Assembly (NCBI RefSeq): GCF_009914755.1
Contig: NC_060940.1
DNA from: the human T2T-CHM13v2.0 reference genome, Homo sapiens
Length of the DNA stretch: 64,000 bases
Strand: one strand, 5' to 3'
The number at the start of each line of letters is the position of its first letter. Position 1 is the stretch's first letter. The position numbers and the translations under genes are program-made. Below, piece by piece: positions 56,743-64,000 of the stretch. Below the pieces are notes generated by a model, which was not told the DNA's origin, ran no database searches, and worked only from the letters and a program-made list of their open reading frames with translations.

Positions 56743-56777
56743 CAGGATTTACATTGTTAATCATAAGATACTCTCTG

Positions 56778-57164
56778 TGTTATGGAATGAATTGTGTCCC
56801 TATGCCCCCCAAAATTTTATGTGTTGAAGTCCTACTCACCAGAATTTCAGAATGTGATGATATTTGGAGATAGGGTTTTTACAGAGATAGTTAAGTTAAA
56901 ATGAAGTCACTGGGGTGGGCCCTAATCCAACATGACTGGTGTCCTTATAAGAAGAGGATATTTGGACACAGACACATACAGAGAGAGGATGACATGACAA
57001 TACCAGAAGTTGGTCATCTCCAAACCAAGGAAAGAGGCCTCAGAAGAAAGCAACCCTACTGACACGTTGATCTCAGATGTCCAGGTTCTTCAACTGCAAG
57101 AAAATTAATTTCTGTTATTCAAGTCACATAGTCTGTGATATTTTGTTTTGGCAGCCCTAATGCA
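56778..57164 (+). mobile_element. MLT1B MaLR solo LTR
   Basis: tgttatggaatgaattgtgtccc...gggccctaatccaacatgactggtgtccttataagaagagg...ggcagcccta. Confidence 0.92.
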
Positions 57165-57483
57165 CCTTGGAAGGGGAGATCACTTAGACAAACAATGCCT
57201 GTCCCATTCCACTCCAGCCTCTTCAAATTTATACATACAAAGGAGAACCACTCACGAACATTGGTATTTTGTGTTTTTTTGGTCACGTATTACTTGTGCT
57301 GCCCATCACAGCTTACTAGAAGACTGAAAAACATTGCTGTAGGGGAGAAGGGGCCACAGGGGAATTCAAAGCAGAGAAGGACGTGATGGATCTGAATTTT
57401 GGGTGGATCACACCAACATCAAAAGTGAAGATGGATTGAAATAGGGCAAGACAGGAGATGGAGAACTATTAAAATGCTTTTTC

Positions 57484-57790
57484 GGCTGGGCATGGTGGCT
57501 CACGCTTGCAATCCTAGCACTTGGGGAGGTCGAGGTAGGCGGATCACGAAGTCAGGAGTTTGAGACCAGCCTGGCCAACATAGTGAAAGTCCATCTCTAC
57601 TAAAAATACAAAAAAAAAAAATAATAATTAGCTGGGCATGGTGGTGGGCACCTGTAATCCCAGTTACTTGGGAGGCTGAGGCTGGAGAAATCACTTGAAC
57701 CCAGGAGAAAGGAGGTTGTAGTGAGCTAAGATCACACCACTGCACTCCAGCCCAGGCGACAGTATGAGACTCCATCTCAAAAAAAAAAAA
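57484..57790 (+). mobile_element. AluS
   Basis: TSD aaaatgcttttt. Confidence 0.95.
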
Positions 57791-59029
57791 AAATGCTTTT
57801 TCATTCAGTAGCAGCAGGGATGGAGAATTAGGGATGGGTTTGATAAATATCTAGGTATGAGAATAATAATATTGGGTGATAGAATTGGGGTGATGAAAGG
57901 GAGTAGAGATGGATGATTTCTATCTTTCTAGTTTAGGTATCTGAGTATACAATGGCACTGCCAATAGAAAGCAACTATAGAGTTTATTTGCATGCCACTG
58001 TATTCTAGAAAGAACTGAAGTTGGCTTATACAAAAACTGATCATGCCATAATAAATAGAAGTAAATGGGGAAAGCGAAGCTGGCTGTGCTTGAAAACTGG
58101 AAAGACAAAATGAAGCCAAGAGCGAGGTTAGCACACAAATCCTCATCCAGGGATTCTTAACACTTGTCAGAGATGGACTGTACATTTTGCTTTAGGCCAA
58201 CACATGACATTATTCACACTTGTCATTTTGGTCAATGTTTCTCACCTCTTCCAAGGACCTGGAGTCTGAAAATTCTAAAACAATGAAAATCTGGCTGTTG
58301 GCTTCTGGGCGTGAGAGGCACCAGGAATACTGGGAGAGGCTCAGATTGCATATTTGGAGACTCCTCAGAGAGAAAGGTGTGGAAAGTTTAAAAAGTGTGG
58401 AGCATCTCCTGCCTCACCCTAGGGTAGGGTGGAATCTGGCGCTTGGGTTCAGAGACTGGGAAGATGGACTGTCTGTACTTCCATGCAACAGTGTAAAAAT
58501 CCATTGATTTGGGAAAATGACATGGATGTGTCATATGCCTTCTGTGGTGCCACTTGACTGATTTACATAATATTGCTGTTTTTGCTATGTGAATACACAG
58601 GTTACATAAGCAGTCTGGCAGCTTAAGTCTCATTACTGTCATTTCCAAGGTGTTAGATTGTTCAGAACAAGGGAACCCTTTCTGCTACAGAATCTAAAGT
58701 GAATGTATCCCCATCTAGGCACATTTCAATGATCCCTTCATGATCACACCTTTGGAATATGCCCAAATAGCCAGTTTGATAACCTTAGGTTGGAAAAGGG
58801 AATGGTTGTTCCCAAGCTGTCTTTCCCAGAGTGTTTCCCTCTTGCCAAGTGTTGAGTGAGGTTCAACAGGTTTATGTTCCTGCCTATGGGGCACCTTTCT
58901 CTATGGAGAAAGGACCTTTAGAAGGACTATATAGAGAGAGGTGAGCTCTATACAACAGCTCTTGGCGCTAATAATACTACACCTTGATGGGTCCAGGACT
59001 GGTTGGGGCCTGACTTGCTGATCTTTTTT

Positions 59030-59290
59030 GCTTTTATAATTTCAACTTTTATTTTAGATTTAGGTGGCACACACGCAGGTTTGCTACATGGATATATTGC
59101 CTGATGCTGGGTGCGATACACATGATCCAGTCACCCAGGTACTCAGCATCATACCCAGTGGTTAGTTTTTCAACCCTTACCCTCCTCCCCTTCCCCTCTA
59201 GTAGTCCCCCAGTGTCTATTATTTCCACCTTTATGTCCACGAGTATCCAGCGTTCAGCTCCCACTTGTGAATGAGAACATGCAAGTATGT
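59030..59290 (-). mobile_element. L1PB/L1PA15-16-like 3' UTR fragment
   Basis: tttcaacttttattttagatt...gtcacccaggtactcagcat...gctcccacttgtgaatgagaacatgc. Confidence 0.85.
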
Positions 59291-59639
59291 CTAAGATGGT
59301 GTCTCCACTCCATGCATGCCTCCTTCTAGACAGGATCTGGCTGGCTGTGGGCAGTATTGTGGAGTTGGTAAGTTTCCTCTGTGCGAGTTTACTCTTCCTT
59401 TTCTTTCAATGTGTACCAGAGTGATGGGATTGGCTTTGGAGTAGAGATATGACTCTCTCTGGCCAGCCAAGCCTGGTACAAGTAATTTAACTTCTTGGAA
59501 TCTCAGCTTCCTCATCTGTAATGTGCGGAAGATAACAGCAGCCTCACAGGACTGCCCTAACTGCAATCACAATGGAAATGAGTGGCTGTGAATTTCTTCA
59601 CAGCGTCCTGATGCAAGAAAGGCCCAAAATACTTCACTC

Positions 59640-59964
<325 letters not shown>

Positions 59965-60112
59965 TAATCAGAGTAAATCTGGCTGTAGGCTCTCAAGAAC
60001 TACAGTGTTGAGAAAATAAATCACAGATTTCTTTAGGAGCATTCCCTACCAATCCCCAAAGATATAAATGGTCTTTTAAATCCCTTATTTGGGATTTAAA
60101 AATTAGGGAGGG

Positions 60113-60422
60113 GGCCAGGTGCAGTGGCTCATGCCTATAATCCCAGTACTTTGGGAAGCCAAGGTGAGCGGATCGCTTGAGGTCAGGAGTTCAAGACCAG
60201 CCTGGCTAACATGGTGAAACCCCATCTCTACTAAAAATACAAAAATTAGCCGGGTGTGGTGGTGCGAGCCTGTAGTTGCAACTGCTCGGGAGGCTGAGGC
60301 ATGAGAATTGCTTGAACCCCGGAGGTGGAGGCTGCAGTGAGCTGAGATTGTGCCACTAGACTGCAGTCTGGGTGACAGAGCAAGACGGTGTCTCAAAAAA
60401 AAAAAAAAAAAAAAAAAAAAAG
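60113..60422 (+). mobile_element. AluSx-like
   Basis: Full dimer with a long A-tail; flanking repeat agggagggg. Confidence 0.95.
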
Positions 60423-60909
60423 GAAAAAACATGAGGGAGGGGCCTGGACCTCAGTCCTTGGAGTCACCAGAGTTCCTGCTGCTCTTTCTGCTCCATGATG
60501 CTCCTGAGTTTGTCCTGCTTGCTTTCTCAGCCTTTGTTCTCTCGACAGACCCAGGGCTGTTCCTCAAGACCATTGTATTTTCTTCTAGCCAGAAGTTTGA
60601 CCACATGGAATTTTGCCAGTGCTGTCCAAGTCTTGGCACTGTATCCAACCACCCTGGTATCCCTGAGATCTGTGTTCAAAGACAGCCCAGTTCTAATCAC
60701 CTGTGAAAACCCCAAACCTCCACACTCTTCAATGTTATGGGAGGCCAAGGCTTTACCTGCCTCCAGGCACCCCAAACCCCAACTGTCTCCCCGATCTATT
60801 TTCCTTCCTCATGAATGAGCTTATGTTTCCTAAACAAAGCTGGGATGAGTCTTATGTCCTGGAAGTCTCATAGTTTCTACTGAGTTAATATTGACTCTAG
60901 TTGTCCTCA

Positions 60910-61495
60910 GTAGCCAGTTTCTTCTTCACTCACACCAACAGAATGTTTAGCTACACAGGAAATGCCTAGAATAAGGCTGACATTTTGCAGCCTGCCTCAT
61001 AGCTAGGGATAGCCATGTGGTTGAGTTCTGGACAAAGAGATTTAGGTAGAAAGTGTGGGTGGCAGCTTCTGGGAGCCTTCTTTAAGGGACATACCTGCCC
61101 TTTGATGTTCTTTTCTTCTTCCATCTTGCTGTCTCCTATGCAGCTGCTGCCATCTTGGACCAAGCACATGATGGTCATATCCTAAAAGATATCAGAATGG
61201 TGAGTTGGTAGGAGACTGAGTCTTTGTTTATAAGACAAGACACAGAGTGGGGAAAACCCCTTTTGTTTGGTCCAATGTCATGACAATTGAGCATCAAAGG
61301 GAAGAATCTCAAGGACCAAGGTTACCTGCTGAGCATGACCAAACCCAAGAGAGCCCAAGTCCTTAATGACATCACTTACCCAGGAGCCTCCTCCCTCCAG
61401 ACTCCTTCTGATGGGAGATGAGATGAGACATTTTCCCCACTGTTTAAGCCACTTTTCTTTGGATATTTTATTGCCTAAGAGCACCCTAACCAATG
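60910..61495 (+). mobile_element. MLT1J/K-like MaLR LTR pieces
   Basis: gccatgtggttgagttctgg...gctgccatcttggacca...ctgtttaagccact. Confidence 0.62.
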
Positions 61496-62721
61496 GGATA
61501 TAAAGAAGAACAGTCTCAGAGCACAAGGGTTGTTTACTTGTTTTTCAGATGAGGCAGGGAAAATCCCTCTTGATCTTTTGAGCATCCTTCAGCAACAAGA
61601 ACAAACACAAACAGGTATCTCAGTAAATGATGCCCCCATATGTAAAAAACACAGCATGGAACCTGACACATTTAAGCAGTCAGTAAAAGGTAGCTATTCT
61701 TCTTTTTCTTAGTAGCATAATGCCTCAATAAACATTGGTTTCTGATCCTATCCCCTTGAGTATCTCTCCCTTTGCTGCTAAGTTTCTCCATACCTTTACA
61801 TTTATCTCCCTTCTCCCCTATTAAACCTGGCTCTTGAAAAGACTGTCAACTTGCTCTCATTGAGGTGTCAGTGATAGATAAGGCTTAATGTATGACCTCA
61901 TTCCCCAAACACTATCGGCTTGTCAGTGAGATTTACATTTAACAGAGGATTAAAGCCTTAAGCCAAAGGAATGAATCTTTAATGGTGAAATTTGAGGCAC
62001 CAGAAGGCTTATGAAAAACAATATTGAAGAGGGGGAGGACCTCCTTGGTGATCCCAATTTTCTGAGGCATTCTCATAAAGTTCTCCAAATTCTCCCAGAT
62101 TTAAAAACGTCATGCCGTACTGCACTTCACAATTGGCAGTTGGCAGACAGATTCTGGATGAAGCTTTGTGGAACTGAACGGGAGTGGGAGGGGGAATCGT
62201 GAAATCAAAGGCACAAGAAGAGGGTGTCTCAATTCCAGAGGGAGTTGTCTGTTGAGTGGGTGAGTCAGGCTGTCTGAGCATGTGGATGGAACTTCCCTGG
62301 GGCAGCTGCCTGTGTTGAGCCACATTTGATATTGACATTTGATATTGACTTAGCAGTTTCCTGCTGCTTCTTGACCTTTTTTTTGGTTGGGGCTGGTGGT
62401 TGAGCTGTATCAAGTTATCTTTCTATCCCACCCTCCCAGTTTCTTCCCTGAACCTCATCATCATCTCAGTTCTTCTCCCTGCTTGTCCTGCCCTCTACAA
62501 AGTGCCTCTTTGGCCAGGCTTCTCAAATACTGTGAGCAAGACTTGGAATCTCTCTTCTCTCCTTGCACCCACCACTGAATCTTTGGGCATCTTGGCCGGG
62601 TCCCCAGCAGTGCAGACCTGACAGGCTGCATTCTTGGTCACTGGGATTTCTTCTCTGAGCTCCAGCTTATGCTGCTTCCTTTTCAGCATCTCCTCTTGAG
62701 TATCCCACGGATTATTTATTT

Positions 62722-63034
<313 letters not shown>

Positions 63035-63368
63035 TGATTATTTATTTTTTTGAGATGAGGTCTCACTCTGTCACTCAGGCTGGAGTCCAGTGGTGTGGTC
63101 ATAGCTCACTGCAGCCTCGAAGTCCTGGGCTCAAGTGACCCTCCTGCTTCAGCCTCCCGAGGAGCTGGAACTGCAGGCATACTATTATTAGTGCTTGGAA
63201 CACTTAGCAACATACCCAGCTACGTTGTAAATTAGAGACGAGGTCTCACTATGTTGCCCAGGCTGGTCTGCAACTTCTGGCCTCAAGCAATCATCCTGCG
63301 TCGGCCCGCCAAAGAGGGACCCCACTCCAAAGCACTGGGATTACCGGTGTGAGTCACTGTGCCCAACC
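63035..63368 (-). mobile_element. AluJ
   Basis: J-type dimer with small internal insertions. Confidence 0.88.
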
Positions 63369-63394
63369 CCTACTGATACTTTAAATTCAACACA

Positions 63395-63764
63395 TGTGGG
63401 TCAATTATGTTCCATCCATCCCCTGGATGTGCTCTTCACCCACCTCCACCTTGTTCCTTCCATGGCAGATGGAGTCATTGGAACGTCATCACCTCTGGCT
63501 GGGTTTGACCAATTAGGAGGAGAAAGGAGAGAGGAGGGAGGAGTGAGGCAGGAGTGGGAGGCTGCAGTGTTCATCCCCTAAAGGTGGTCTCCGCCGGATT
63601 GTGTTCCTCCACCAAAAGCCTGCTCCTTTCTAGTGGCCTTCTGTACCTACACGACTCCCTCTTTCCAGGTCTTGGCAACTATTCCCTGTCCTTGTTCCCC
63701 CAAGCTTGGAGGCAGTGGCAGCTCCTCCACTGCTGCTGGCCTCGGGTGACTGCTCTCACCCTTG
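63395..63764 (+). mobile_element. LTR33-like ERVL LTR
   Basis: cctctggctgggtttgaccaat...gagtgaggc...gtgttcctccaccaaa...ggcagctcctccactgctgc. Confidence 0.55.
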
Positions 63765-63888
63765 CAGTGGTTCCCTTGCGGGAGATTGGCATCACCTGGA
63801 AACACATTAAAATTGCAGACTTGGGGCTACCTCCCAGCCCTTCTGAGCTTGAAATTAGGGGTGGGGCCCAGCAGTCTGCATCTGTTTT
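63765..63888. mobile_element. MER5A-family fragment
   Basis: cagtggttc...gcatcacctggaaac...ggggtggggccccagcagtctg. Confidence 0.7.
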
Positions 63889-64000
63889 TAATTTTTATTT
63901 TTATTTTAAGTTCTGGGGTACATGTGCAGGATATGCAGTTTTTGTTACATTGGTATACATGTACCATGGTGGTTTGCTGCACCTGTCAACCCATCACCTA
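63889..64000 (-). mobile_element. L1PA 3' end, continuing beyond the window
   Basis: ttttattttaagttctggggtacatgtgcagg...ggtttgctgcacc. Confidence 0.92.

Overview
Human-type primate genomic DNA; the AluYb-lineage insertion at ~46.7-47.0 kb points to Homo sapiens. The window is intergenic or deep-intronic and repeat-rich. I see no protein-coding exon, tRNA, rRNA or CRISPR array. The ORFs I can assign are read-through of Alu, L1, LTR or low-complexity sequence, and the rest have no recognisable domain. The content is about 25 Alus, several L1 fragments, L2/MIR relics, MaLR/ERVL/ERV1 LTRs and DNA-transposon fossils (MER20, MER5A, MER2, MER46C-like, MADE1). AT-rich unique islands lie between them and may be enhancers. 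I cannot support a new multi-gene biological system here. The most unusual signals are: (1) a MADE1 (miR-548-type) element whose arms form a perfect 32-bp palindrome with symmetric non-consensus changes plus an exact third arm; (2) two non-tandem local duplications of apparently unique DNA; (3) two independent 5'-inverted L1s that break at almost the same L1 position; (4) a ~55-bp micro-L1 with a perfect TSD; (5) very young, possibly polymorphic Alus. Subfamily names come from my recall of consensus sequences, and boundaries of old repeats are approximate.
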